64,000 nt of DNA from Carpediemonas membranifera BICM (GCA_019828565.1 JAHDYR010000006.1:62001-126000), one strand, 5' to 3'; counted from the first letter of the stretch, positions 39,770-50,279 are shown. Notes: generated by a model from the sequence alone, not told the origin. Program-made: numbers and translations.

Positions 39770-40968
39770 ATGACCAGCATCTATACGGTCAAGTTCTCCA
39801 TATCCTCCATTCTCCATAACCGTAGAAACGTGATTCCTTTCATCGCGGACTTCTACGCCGGATTGGAGAACAGGCTCTGCTCGTTCACGAAGGCCAAGTA
39901 CTTTCACACTTGCCTTCTGTCATACATCGCCGCGTGTTGCCACCACGCCAATCTCTCCTTGCCCGTGCATGACCAGGCTCTGCACCAGGCCATCGTTATC
40001 GTCGCCTACCGACGAAGTGGAGAGTACCGAAACCTCGCCGCCGACTCACTCGTCGACCGCTTCCTGGGCGCGAAAAAATACGCCGCAGTTCGGCAGGTTG
40101 TCACCTAAATAGCCGAGATGCCACTGTGGCATGGCGAGTTCATCATCCGCCTCTGCACAGCCTTCAGGGCAGCTCGTCGACAGTGCCCTGGCGAGTTCGA
40201 AGTGTGGGTACAGCAAGACCCCCAGCTTCGCGTTCGATATGACTCCTGCGTCATTCAAAAGCACAAATCTAGATAGTCTACAAAACTCGGTTAGGTTTGT
40301 GCTCCTCCACGAGCAGGAAATATTCGACGCTGGGATGGTCAAGAGCTTCCGCAGAGTGCGCCTGACGAACCACATCTTGCGCCAAAAGCACTTCCACAGA
40401 GCTGGGGAGCAGCTTGCTCGCACCCTAGGCTGGACTCCTCGGCGACTCCCTCGCAGTATTGCCCCTCCCCGGGCAGCCCCCACCAGGCTGATTGTCTTCT
40501 ACGGAAGCGCTAGATTCAAGAGGCCCCGTCGGGTGCATCCATGCGCGCCGTATGGTCGCTTTGTTACCTTGCTACCATCATGAGAGCTTTTTCAACATCA
40601 CTGCTGAAGTGCGGATGACTAACGAGTTCCGAACCTCACTCGTCTGCCCCTTCTGCCGCGCGAGGTTCCGTAGAACTCGCTACACGAGGCGCACGATGCG
40701 ATGCCACAACCCGAATTGTCAAGGTGCTCCATGGTACAGACAGCAACGCCTCAATTCCGATCCTACTACCACCACTTGGCTCAATCTCTCCCACAGAGAC
40801 AAGACTGCTGCACAGAACATCGTGGATTGCGGCCTCATGACGGATGCACAGTATCAAGCCAGTGCTTTCAGAAATCCAAGACCTCCAGCCCGTCTTCCCA
40901 ACTATAACCCCAATACACCAATTACGGCTAACCAGCCGCTAGTCTTCGCCTCCGGGCAAGCTAATTGA
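39770..40968 (+). mobile_element. Degenerate, internally deleted Fanzor1 (TnpB-family RuvC nuclease) gene
   Basis: N-terminal TVKFSISSIL...VIPFI; SFKSTN; FRRVRL..HILRQK helix; IVFYGSARF...AP; RuvC-II TNEFRTSLVCPFC; zinc-finger RCHNPNC; RuvC-III HRDKTAAQNI. In-frame stop at 40106 and frameshift near 40575; no RuvC-I DPG motif found. Confidence 0.82.
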
Positions 40969-40990
40969 AGTGGAGAGACGCAGTGCTTGC
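40860..40990 (+). ncRNA. Candidate Fanzor omegaRNA scaffold 3' portion plus flanking guide
   Basis: A three-way-junction-like structure at the end of the Fanzor ORF: CAATTA/TAATTG closing CGGCT-aacc-AGCCG and CTT(c)GCC-tccg-GGCAAG. The position matches where Fanzor/TnpB omegaRNAs lie; boundaries are inferred. Confidence 0.4.
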
Positions 40991-41329
40991 ACCATCCCAC
41001 TGCATAACCGTCGAGATGAATATGTCTCCAGCGGCGCAGTTCAGGTTCTCGGTTGCATGTAGAAGTTGCGCAGTCGACTTCATGGGACCGATTGATAAAC
41101 GTTGGTCTGATCTTGACCAGCTTGGGAGGTCTTCTTGGATGACTGCGGGGCAGAGTTTAGAGGCCATCAGCAGGTTGGGAGACAAATGCGGCTGGCTCTA
41201 GACTTAGCTCGTGACTCACAGCGTCGCGTCTGCTTCGCAGCTGGCGTCGGTGGTCGGCGAGTCGTCAGTCAGTATTTGAGCAACTACCGAACTGAGCGTT
41301 GGGACCAATGAGCAGCGCTAGTTCCTCGC

Positions 41330-41470
41330 CATCGGCCATCAGAGATGCGCTGAGCTCCGTATTCCGCGTCTCGCTCACCGCAACGGCTTCCGTCTCCGGG
41401 GACATCCCATTCTTGATCCAGTGCGCCTACTCCAGGCACTTCGGCGAGCAGATGCCCTCGTTCCAGTAGA
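41330..41470 (+). pseudogene. Fragment of the RCC1-like expanded family N-terminal domain
   Basis: AIRDALSSVFRVSLTATASVSGDIPFLIQCAYSRHFGEQMP aligns with ALIAAYRLSETAARRIPGDIPSLLARAFVIEFHERIP of 18654-20435; bounded by stops. Confidence 0.5.
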
Positions 41471-41741
41471 CTCAGCGCACATATCAGCACAAACTCCGAG
41501 CATGAAGTGTGTCCTATACGTGGTTAGTTGCACCAACTCTGGCCGAGCGGCGAGTTTGACTTCGCAGAGTCGGTTGAGTTGTCATGGTTGACGATCATGA
41601 GCGGCAGCATGCGGGATGTGAACACGAGGATTGATACTGTTTTGGAGGCGATAGATAAAGATGATGATGATGTGGATCCATTCCGTTACTTTGAGAGACT
41701 TTTGAATGGTCTCTGTCCAAACTGGCATGGATTCAGTTGGT

Positions 41742-43656
41742 TTATTCACAATCTGCAACGTTCATCGTCTTTCCACACTTGCGACAGCTAACCTGCTTCC
41801 TATTAGCGCCGATTACCATCTTTCGGCCGCATTGTGTGCACGCGATGTTGCGTCGCATCTCAACATCACCTGGAATGTCGACTGTCTGGCGCGGCGCCAT
41901 CTCGCACTCACCGCCGTAGTGGGCCATGTGCTCTTCCTGGTTGGCCACGCAGAGCAGGCACTTGTGGCAGAAGTCCTGGCCGCACGGGCATCTCGACATC
42001 TTGCAGCTGTTCAGGTCGCCCTCGCGAGATGCAAGCGCACCGCATGCTGGGCAGCGGCGGATGACGGGGACGTCCACAGCAGCGCCACCGCCGAGCGTGA
42101 CTAGGCGGCATGTCTGCAGGATGTCGTTCTGTTCGACGAGCGTCCTGATCTCGGCGCGCGAGAATGCATGTTGGTGCCGCGGGATGACGTAGAAGTCGGC
42201 TGCCGCGGCTGCTGTGGCAGGGGCCGAGTCGAGCACCGCCTGGCGCATCTGGCCGGCGTCCTCCAGGCGAGGAAGGCGGGCACCACCCGCGCAGTCGGCG
42301 TATACACGGTGGTGATCGTGGAGGGTCACGCTGACGGAGTCGGGCTGGGGGAGCTGGCCGCCGAACATGTGGAAGGCGAAACGGCGACGGGCCTCATCGT
42401 CCTCAAGCACAGCGCGGAGGGCGTCCTGCACACGCTGACCGCCCCTAGGGAAGCGCAACGGGGCGAGCACGGCGTCGACAGAGAGTGGGTTGGGGCGCAC
42501 AAGCAGGGCCCGCAGCTGGGCGGGGGTCAAAGCGAGAACCTTGGCGCTGAAGCGCGTCTTCGCGGCCATACCGTTACGGATGATCTGCATGCGCTCGGCG
42601 AAGCGGCGTCTCACCTCGTCACCGTACGCCTTGAGGTTGCCCTCGAATCCCTCGAGCGGGCACACCTTGCTGGCGTCCCCGAGCGATGTCTGCAGCGCAT
42701 GGTCGACGATGGGCATCAGCGCTCGAAGGTTGATGCGGACGCCGGCGAGCGCGACGAGCCAGGCGTCGCTGACCATGTCCGCGGGCAGGGTGATGCAGTC
42801 GAGCAGCATGAGCTGCAGCACGCGGCCGAGCCCCAGCAGGACCGGGCGCAGGTCGTCGAGCGGCATGTCGAGGGCGTCGGGCGTGAAGACCAGCGTGCCC
42901 TCGCGGAAGATGGGCACGGTGAATGTCATGTCGCCGACCGCCTGGGTCACCGTGGCATCCGGAAGCACGGCGACCAGGTCGGGCAGGGCCTTCGCGGAGT
43001 CCCGGCCAGCGAGTGTCGCTGGGCATGACAACAGGTCCTCTGCACACGCACCGAGGTTGGTCAGGTTGGTTTCAATGGAAGCACCAAGTTTGATGTCGAT
43101 CGGATCATCGTGGAACATCTGCAGTCGCGCGCGGTCGATGTCGTCGACGAAGGCGTGGGCGCTCGCGAACCTGTTGCTCGCCGCGTTGAGGTCGACCTCT
43201 GGGTCCAGCTCGTTGGCAGAGGCGGCGAAGAGGCCGTCGGCCAGGGCGCGGCGGACGGACCAGCGGGCCTCGGGGTGGGTGGCGAGCATGCCTGAGAGCA
43301 CGTCGCGCAGGGCGTCGGGGACGGTGACTGTCTTCATGAGGGCATCGCAGAGGGCGTCGTCATCAACCGTGGAGGCATCGGCCAGATCCTTGTTGTTGCT
43401 GTGCGACAAGAGGGCGAGGCAGAATGTCGCGTAATCCGACGCCATCACGGCGAGCATCGTCAGGCCTGCGTGGTAGACATCGGTTGCCTCCGACTCGCGG
43501 TGAGTCATTTTAACTCTCGCAAGTCTGGCGGCGTTCTCCTCGGGCGAGCTGTAGGCAAGCGTGCCGATGTTGAATCCGGTCGCGGTCGCGGTCGCGTTCA
43601 CGGCGTCCATGTTCGAGGCTGTCTCGAAGTCGACGAGCACGGGGTGGCCCTCGCGC

Positions 43657-43689
<33 letters not shown>

Positions 43690-46600
43690 CAGATTCCCGC
43701 GCTGTGCAGGTCGTGGATCGCGGTGAGCAGGCTGTGGAGCAGTCTGCGCAGGCTTTCGGGCGAGTCAACGGGAGCGTCGCGCAGGTGGCTCTCGAGGTGC
43801 TCCATGACGATCGTGCCGGTCTTCCTCTCAGGATCAGAGAGGTCGACGAGGACGAAGTGCAGCTTGGGCACGGTGGGGCTGTGCGCCAGGCGCGACAGGA
43901 TGCCTGCCTCGCGGTCGCAGAGCTTGCGCCCGTGCTCGGTGTCGAGTCTGAAGGTCTTGGCGAAGTATATTTGGCCATCGCGGGTCAAGATCTGGCACAG
44001 CGCTCTGTTCTCGCGAACGGTCGACTCGACGGTGAAGCCAGACAGCGACAGGTCGGCGCGCATCTCGGGGAGGTCCATGAAGTGGGCTAGTCCCATCTCG
44101 CGCAGCTCGGTGAAGAGGCTGACTGGCGGTGTTGTGAGAGCCTTCAGCTCGGGACAGAGCCGGACGAGATGCGGGCTGCAGCTAGCTCTGACAGCATTCA
44201 TCTGACCAATGATCGCACGTGTCTTGCTTAAACTCGACCGGGTATCCTTGGCTTTGGCTGTCTTGCCCTGAAAATCATAAAACTTGGCCTTCATCTCAAG
44301 CTCCGCAGCCTTGCTTTTGAGATGATAGAAATCGCCCAAGTTATGGAACTTGTTGAGCTGTGCAGATGCCTCTTGGAATGCTACAAGGTGGCTCTTTGCC
44401 TCCAGGAGCAGGCCCTCGAGCCTGCTGAGCATCTCAGTCTCACTCAAACAGATCCCGCCGGTATTCTTACAGTTGACCGCCTTCTGTCGAGTCTCAGCGA
44501 CGACCGGATCCAGGAAGTCGCGGAGGGTGGAATACCGTGCCTGCAGGTCGAGTTTCAGCAATGGAAAGGCGTCGGTTTCGCCATCAGCCGCGATAAGCAG
44601 CCGCGCGAGCTCCTCATCCGGTGGGATGGAAGCATTGGCTTCGAATGCCTCGACTAGCTCAATAATACGGGTGGCGTGATCATGTCTTGCTGCGACATCG
44701 GCCAGCCATGTCCTGAGAGCCTTGACACCCGCCTCTGCCTGGGCGATAACCCGATCATAAACTGAAGCCCGCCGGGTTGGGCGATTGCGGGCCATAGCGA
44801 GTTTTTCAGCGAGATGCTCGGGTGAGGCTACCTCAGGCTTGACTTGAGGCGGCTGAAGTGTGGTGAACAGAAGAGGGTGGCCCTCGAGCATGGAGCTGGC
44901 TCCTACCGCGTGACTGAGAGCGCGGAAGTGAGACGCCGGGGGCATGATGCAGAGCATGACGAGAGTCGCCTTGAGGTCGGCGATGGTCTCGTCCTGCTTC
45001 GAGTTGATGGCTTCACAGTCGGCGAGTCGGCGGGAAATAGAGTTGGTCGCACGAGTTGACTGAGACAGTTGTGTTCGGAGGAGGTCACAGTTCGACTGGC
45101 TGACAACAGCATCAACCTGGGCGATCTGCCGGTCTGCAGTGAACTGGCCCGCTTCTATCGTGACCGTGGCTCGTGGGTTCGCGAGAACGGCCGTGAAAGT
45201 TGACCATGGCGTGTCTGTCGAGGCTGCATGGGCCAGTACTTGCCTGAGGATGGAGAGACGCGAGCATCTAAGACTGACGTTCTTGTTGCTAGGGACAGGA
45301 TGTGAACAGAACTTGAGCGCCAACATATCACCGTAACACCAGTTGAACCAATCAACTACCCTACCGAGCTCCACATCGTCGGAGCAGGTCATGAGGGTGC
45401 CATACGCATCAGTGCGAACCACGGCGACGGGCTGGGTCAGTTGCATCGTAAATGAGTCGGGTAAGCCGTGGACCAGGAATGCCAGAATCGCCCAGGCCAG
45501 GTCGCCGATAGTCCCACCGATACTGAGGTCGACCTCGGTGCTAGGGTTGACTGCGAGTCGGATCAGCGTCGCGTGGACTGACTGGCGCGGGTCAACTGGC
45601 AGCAAGGTGACTGAGCCATCACTCTTACCGGCAGCGAGGGTCGACCCATCCGGTGAAAACAGTAGACTCGAGCAGTCAAGCTGATCCTCGAAGGTGTGGA
45701 TGAGATGCTTAGTAGTCACATCCCACTCCTTCAACAGGCCCTCTTCGACGCATGACAGCACTGTTGAGCCATCGGGGGAGAAGACCAAGCTGAGCACAGT
45801 ACCGGCATGCTCGTCCATCGCGCCAATCTCCTGACCAGACTCCAAAGTCCAGAGTTTGACGGAACTCCCGGATGAAGTGGCGATCGTCCTCCCGTCAGGT
45901 GACACAGCCACCTCGGAAAGCCTCCCAGAACCGTGTTTCATGGTCTTGATACAGGCGCTAGTTGGGACATCGAGCACACTGACAGTACCATCGTCGCCAC
46001 CTGTGATGAGCAACCCGTCGGGTGTGAACACGAGTGCTGTGACCGATTTCCGGGCAGCGTCAGGGATGCGCGCGACAAGCCGTAAAGTGAGTACATCCCA
46101 GATGATAATGACTGTGCCAGCTGAGGCGACGAGCGTACTTCCGTCTGGAGAGAAGGCCAGGCGGGCTACAGGCTCTTCGTGGCCGACTAGAACATTCTCT
46201 TCACTGGCCATGCCATCCTCGCCAAGCCTCCAGAGATGAACATGATTGGCGAACGTCCCAAATGCAACCATCCTTCCGTCCGGGGAAAGTGCGGCCCGGT
46301 AAATCGTGGTGGGGAACTCCATATGGTGAATCAGGACGCCGGTGTCAGTAGACCACACGCACACACTTCCAAATATTGTGGCCGAGACCACATATGACTT
46401 ACCGTACGTAAATGCGGTGGCACAGCAGCACCCGCGATCTTCAGATTGATCGACCAGATCGCGGGCGTCAGTGGCTGTCTGGAGGATGCTGCGAGAGGAT
46501 TCATATCGCTTGTTCCATGCGACCAGGGCAAGGTTGACCCATGTATCGGACGAACTCGAGGTGAGACGGTCACCGATCTTCTTGACAGTGACGGGTGGAT

Positions 46601-46850
46601 CCGTCAGCTCCACGACGAAGTGCTCGGGGTCTATTCGTTCGGATAGAAGGAAGAGAAGGATCGAGGCGAGATCTCGGAAGAGAATCGGGGCCATTCCCTG
46701 CTTGGTGATCGAAATGCCCTCTGGAGAGGGAGGCTGGCTGCTTGCAGAACGAATAGCGCTCTCAACTGCCTTACAGTTGTTACTATGTGATAGAATAGGT
46801 CCAAACGAACCATTGGCTGTGTCAGCGACCGGCCCTTGGAACAAACGCAT
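41742..46850 (-). CDS. Multidomain WD40 - coiled coil - Ser/Thr kinase - HECT-like - RBR RING2/IBR-like - Zn-ribbon protein
   Basis: WD40 (GH...V..LAFSPDG repeats); kinase (FAK, E, HRDLKPEN, DFE, GTLAYSSPE, DVY..G); HECT-like C-lobe (RRRFAFHMFG...YADCAGGARLP); CPACG...SCKMSRCPCGQDFCHKC; terminal CxxC-CxxC. Confidence 0.8.
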
Positions 46851-47050
46851 TGTGAGGACTGTGTGAGGTATTCAAGAGCTCTTAACCAACCATCTGGATA
46901 ACAATGATGACTATACGCATACATTGGACATTTTCGCGTCATTCTTAGCGTGCCAATCAATCATATGGCTTCTGTGACACTTGTACGCATGACGCCGAAA
47001 CCCGCGACTTTGGCCGAGTCGGTTGCCTGGCCCGAGACATGCGCCAGCTG

Positions 47051-47446
47051 GTAGCGGTCCTCGGCCAACTGTGCGAGATCCACCTCCCGAAGCTGGCGCG
47101 GCACTTTAAGAAGCACGAGGTTGAGTGGTCTCTGGTCTGCATGGAGTGGTTTATGTGCCTCTTCGTCAAGTCGCTGCCCACCGAGTCGAGCCTGCGGGTG
47201 TGGGACCTCCTCTTCTCGGAGCACAGCAAGATCATCTTCCGCATCGCGATGGGCATCCTTAAGGTGCACCACGACGACATCCTGGGCGCGGGCGACCTCG
47301 AGGAGATCTGCGCGCTGCTGCACGGGCGGCCGCGGCAGACGTTCGACGCCGACGAGCTGATCAACGTGGCGCTGCACCAGATGGGGCGGCTCAAGACGGC
47401 GACGATCCAGCGGCTGCGCGTGCGGGAGACGGCGTTGTACAACTAG
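47051..47446 (+). pseudogene. 5'-truncated copy of the TBC GAP gene
   Basis: Identical protein sequence to the last ~130 aa of 36299-37453, but lacks both catalytic fingers. Confidence 0.85.
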
Positions 47447-47467
47447 CTAAACCGTGTAGTGTTACAT

Positions 47468-48628
47468 TTACTCCTTGGCCTTTAGCCCGCGCAGGGGCGT
47501 CCCCGTCCGGACGAGCATGTTAAGGGTCCTGATGATGTCCTGGGCCATCGGCTCGGAGCTCAGCTCCAGCGCGTCGTAGAAGCTGTCCAGCAGCGCTGTG
47601 ATCTGCACGGTCGTCGCCTTCTGCTCGGCCTCGACGGCGGCGTTCAGGTCGGCGACGGTGCGCGCGTGGTCCGCGTCTGCGTCCTTGATCATCGCCTTGA
47701 GCTCGCGGATGTCGCGCCCGCTGTTGTACTCCACCGTGTCGAGCGTCTTGGCGAGCTCCTCGACGCGCTTCTCGAGCACCGCGCAGTGCGACTTCAGGCT
47801 CTCGTTCTCCTTCGTCAGGCTGTCGACGGCGCGCGTCAGGTCCTTGTTCTCCTTCGCGAACGCGGTGCACTTCGCCGCGAGGTTCTCCGTCTCCCCAGCC
47901 CGCGCGGTAATGCGCGCCTGCGCCTCCCGCAACGCGGTGTGCGCGGCGTCGGCCTCGCGCGTCTGCATGTCGAGCTCGCGCTGGACGTCCGTCAGCTCGG
48001 ACAGCTCGGGGCGGCCGCTCAGCTCGATCGTGAGGTCGTTGATCTGGCTCTGCATCGTGTGCACCTCGTCCTCGCTGGGGCGCTGCTCGAGCTCCTCCTC
48101 GAGGGCCCGCACCTTCGCGAGCAGCTCCTCTGTGCGGTCCTCGCGCCGCACCTCCTCGATGCGCGTGCGCAACTCGGTGATTTTTGCCTTGTGCGCGGTC
48201 GTCTCGTCCTGCGCCTTGACAACGCGATCGGTCATCTTCTGCAGCGCCACTTCGACAGATGGGTCGTTGCTGAGGGCGTTCTGCAGTTCCTCGTACTTGC
48301 CCTCCGCGTGCTCCGCGCGCCGCGTGACCTCGGCGACCTCCTTGCGGGCTGCCTCGAGCTGGCGCTTGAGCTCCTCGACCTCGATCGATGCGAGGTCCTT
48401 CTCCTGCTTGGCGGTCTGTGCCTCCAGCTTCGAGGAGTTCACTTGCTGGACGAAGTCGTTGTAGCTGTCGCCGAGCTTCGGGGACTTCATGGAGATCAGA
48501 AGACGGCCGAGCGACGACGTGTGCAGCGGCATGGCGCTTTGCGATGACGGGCTGCGCGGAATTTGCGGCGATCTAGATCCCGGGGTGCGCAGCGACGGCG
48601 AGTACAGGCTAGAACCCGGGGTGTACAT
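47468..48628 (-). CDS. Coiled-coil protein (copy 2, probably the ancestral C-terminus)
   Basis: Same protein as 35115-36263; its stop codon lies within AGTAAA, as in several other genes here. Confidence 0.78.
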   Translation of the reverse strand: MYTPGSSLYSPSLRTPGSRSPQIPRSPSSQSAMPLHTSSLGRLLISMKSPKLGDSYNDFVQQVNSSKLEAQTAKQEKDLASIEVEELKRQLEAARKEVAEVTRRAEHAEGKYEELQNALSNDPSVEVALQKMTDRVVKAQDETTAHKAKITELRTRIEEVRREDRTEELLAKVRALEEELEQRPSEDEVHTMQSQINDLTIELSGRPELSELTDVQRELDMQTREADAAHTALREAQARITARAGETENLAAKCTAFAKENKDLTRAVDSLTKENESLKSHCAVLEKRVEELAKTLDTVEYNSGRDIRELKAMIKDADADHARTVADLNAAVEAEQKATTVQITALLDSFYDALELSSEPMAQDIIRTLNMLVRTGTPLRGLKAKE

Positions 48629-48906
48629 GGTGGTGAAAACAGCGCGCAGGTTAAGCCACAGGCGACGCAGGCCGCCACGACGCAGCGGCGAGTGTTGCTG
48701 AACAGTGTCGCGGTGTGCGCGTTGCGTGGGGGCGAAATTTCTCCAGATCCGTCTTGCCATGTCATTAGTCGTCGACGGTCAAACATAAAATCAGCAAGAT
48801 CGGGGCCAAACCACGCCATTCCACTGCGCCTACCGCGATCTCATCCACCCGTGTGGATCTCACCTTAAACTGCTCGTGTCACCGGGAGATTATTTTTGAC
48901 AACAAA

Positions 48907-50010
48907 ATGAAGGCCTTGCTGCTTATTGGAGGCTTTGGAACACGCTTAAGGCCGCTTACATTCTCCAAATCGAAACCATGCATTGAGTTTATCAACAAGC
49001 CGATCCTTCTCTACCAAATCGAGGCTTTGAAGAAGGTTGGCGTCGTCAGGATCATTCTCGCCGTTGGAAACATCCCCGAAGACTTCCGCACGACTGTTGA
49101 AGAGTGGAGGAACACGTATAATATCGACATCGTCTTCTCCGTTGAAGAAACGCCCATGGGCACCGCTGGCCCGCTCGCTCTCGCCGCAGACTTGCTCAAC
49201 GAGGACCTTCCCGGTGAGAAGAACCCCGATGTTGTCTTCATGTTCAACTCTGACATTCTTTGCGAGTTCCCGCTCCAACCTCTGCTTGAGTACCACCTCA
49301 GCCACGGCCACGAGGGCACACTGATGACAACGCCGGTCGAGGATCCTTCCAGATTCGGTGTGATTGTCAGCAGAGAGGATGGCAGTATCGACGCTTTCAT
49401 CGAGAAGCCGAAGGAATACGTTGGCAACCACATCAACGCTGGCCTCTACTGCCTCAACCGCTCGGTCGTCAACTACGTTCCCGAGGCCGTGAAGACCTCC
49501 ATTGAGCGCGAGACGTTCCCGCACATGGCCAACCTCCGTCAGCTTTACTCATTCCCCCTCGACGGGTTCTGGATGGATGTAGGAAAGCCTGATGACTTCA
49601 TCGACGGGGCCCAGACGATGATGGAGTATTTGGACGACTTGGGCCATCTCCACCTCCCTATAAGCCCACATGCCCTCGTCAGCGGGTTGGTGGACGTTTC
49701 CGAGTCTGCTGAGGTCTCTCCCGGCGCAGCGCTCGGACCGAACGTCGTGGTCGGCGAGAACGTCATCATCGGCCCCCACGCCCGGCTGAAGAACTGCTGC
49801 ATCATGGCCGGCTCGACCATTGGAGCCGGTGCCGTCGTTGACCACTCCATTGTCGGCTGGGGGTCCACCGTGCACCAGTGGGCAAGGGTTAAGAACTCAG
49901 TGCTCGGAGAGGACGTGAGAGTACACCCAGAGCTGGACGTCGTGGGGTGCAAGGTCATGCCGCATGTGGAGGTCAAGGGCGACATCAGAGACGAGGTCGT
50001 GCTGTACTAG
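48907..50010 (+). CDS. GMPP: Mannose-1-phosphate guanylyltransferase (GDP-mannose pyrophosphorylase)
   Basis: MKALLLIGGFGTRLRPLT..KP, E.TPMGTAGPL, NSD, F.EKP, INAGLY, SIERETFP, GFWMDVG.P.D, hexapeptide C-terminus. Confidence 0.95.
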   Translation: MKALLLIGGFGTRLRPLTFSKSKPCIEFINKPILLYQIEALKKVGVVRIILAVGNIPEDFRTTVEEWRNTYNIDIVFSVEETPMGTAGPLALAADLLNEDLPGEKNPDVVFMFNSDILCEFPLQPLLEYHLSHGHEGTLMTTPVEDPSRFGVIVSREDGSIDAFIEKPKEYVGNHINAGLYCLNRSVVNYVPEAVKTSIERETFPHMANLRQLYSFPLDGFWMDVGKPDDFIDGAQTMMEYLDDLGHLHLPISPHALVSGLVDVSESAEVSPGAALGPNVVVGENVIIGPHARLKNCCIMAGSTIGAGAVVDHSIVGWGSTVHQWARVKNSVLGEDVRVHPELDVVGCKVMPHVEVKGDIRDEVVLY

Positions 50011-50279
50011 AGTAAAGATGGGATTCTGGTGGTGTGTTGAAGAGGGGTGTCTGGTTCACCGTTAGTTGGTGAGATTGGTGACCACAGCTTGTTACAGATT
50101 TGTCGTCATCATCTGGCGTTCTGCCTGCCTCTTGCAAATCAGATCGCCTGACACGCCCAGAGTGACCATGCGGTGCCCTACTGCTGGAACTAGAGACGCT
50201 GTGTCGGACTAGAGGATACTTACCGCATTTATGTGTTACATGAGTTCGTGTACAGGCAAGGCTCGAAACAGGAATAAGA

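Larger units (their letters stand above)
47051..48740 (-). repeat. Right arm of the 1.7-kb inverted duplication
   Basis: Near-identical reverse complement of 35003-36694. Confidence 0.97.

Noticed and set aside
39640-39770. Possible terminal inverted repeat for the Fanzor element (CACTTCA near 39647 versus TGAAGTG at 40966) and a TTGTTAACAA palindrome
   Set aside because: Only 7 bp match and no target-site duplication; element ends cannot be called from one copy.
45251-45261. 11-nt match (TGGAGAGACGC) between the putative Fanzor guide flank and the kinase-E3 gene
   Set aside because: Too short to exclude chance, and the guide boundary is unknown.
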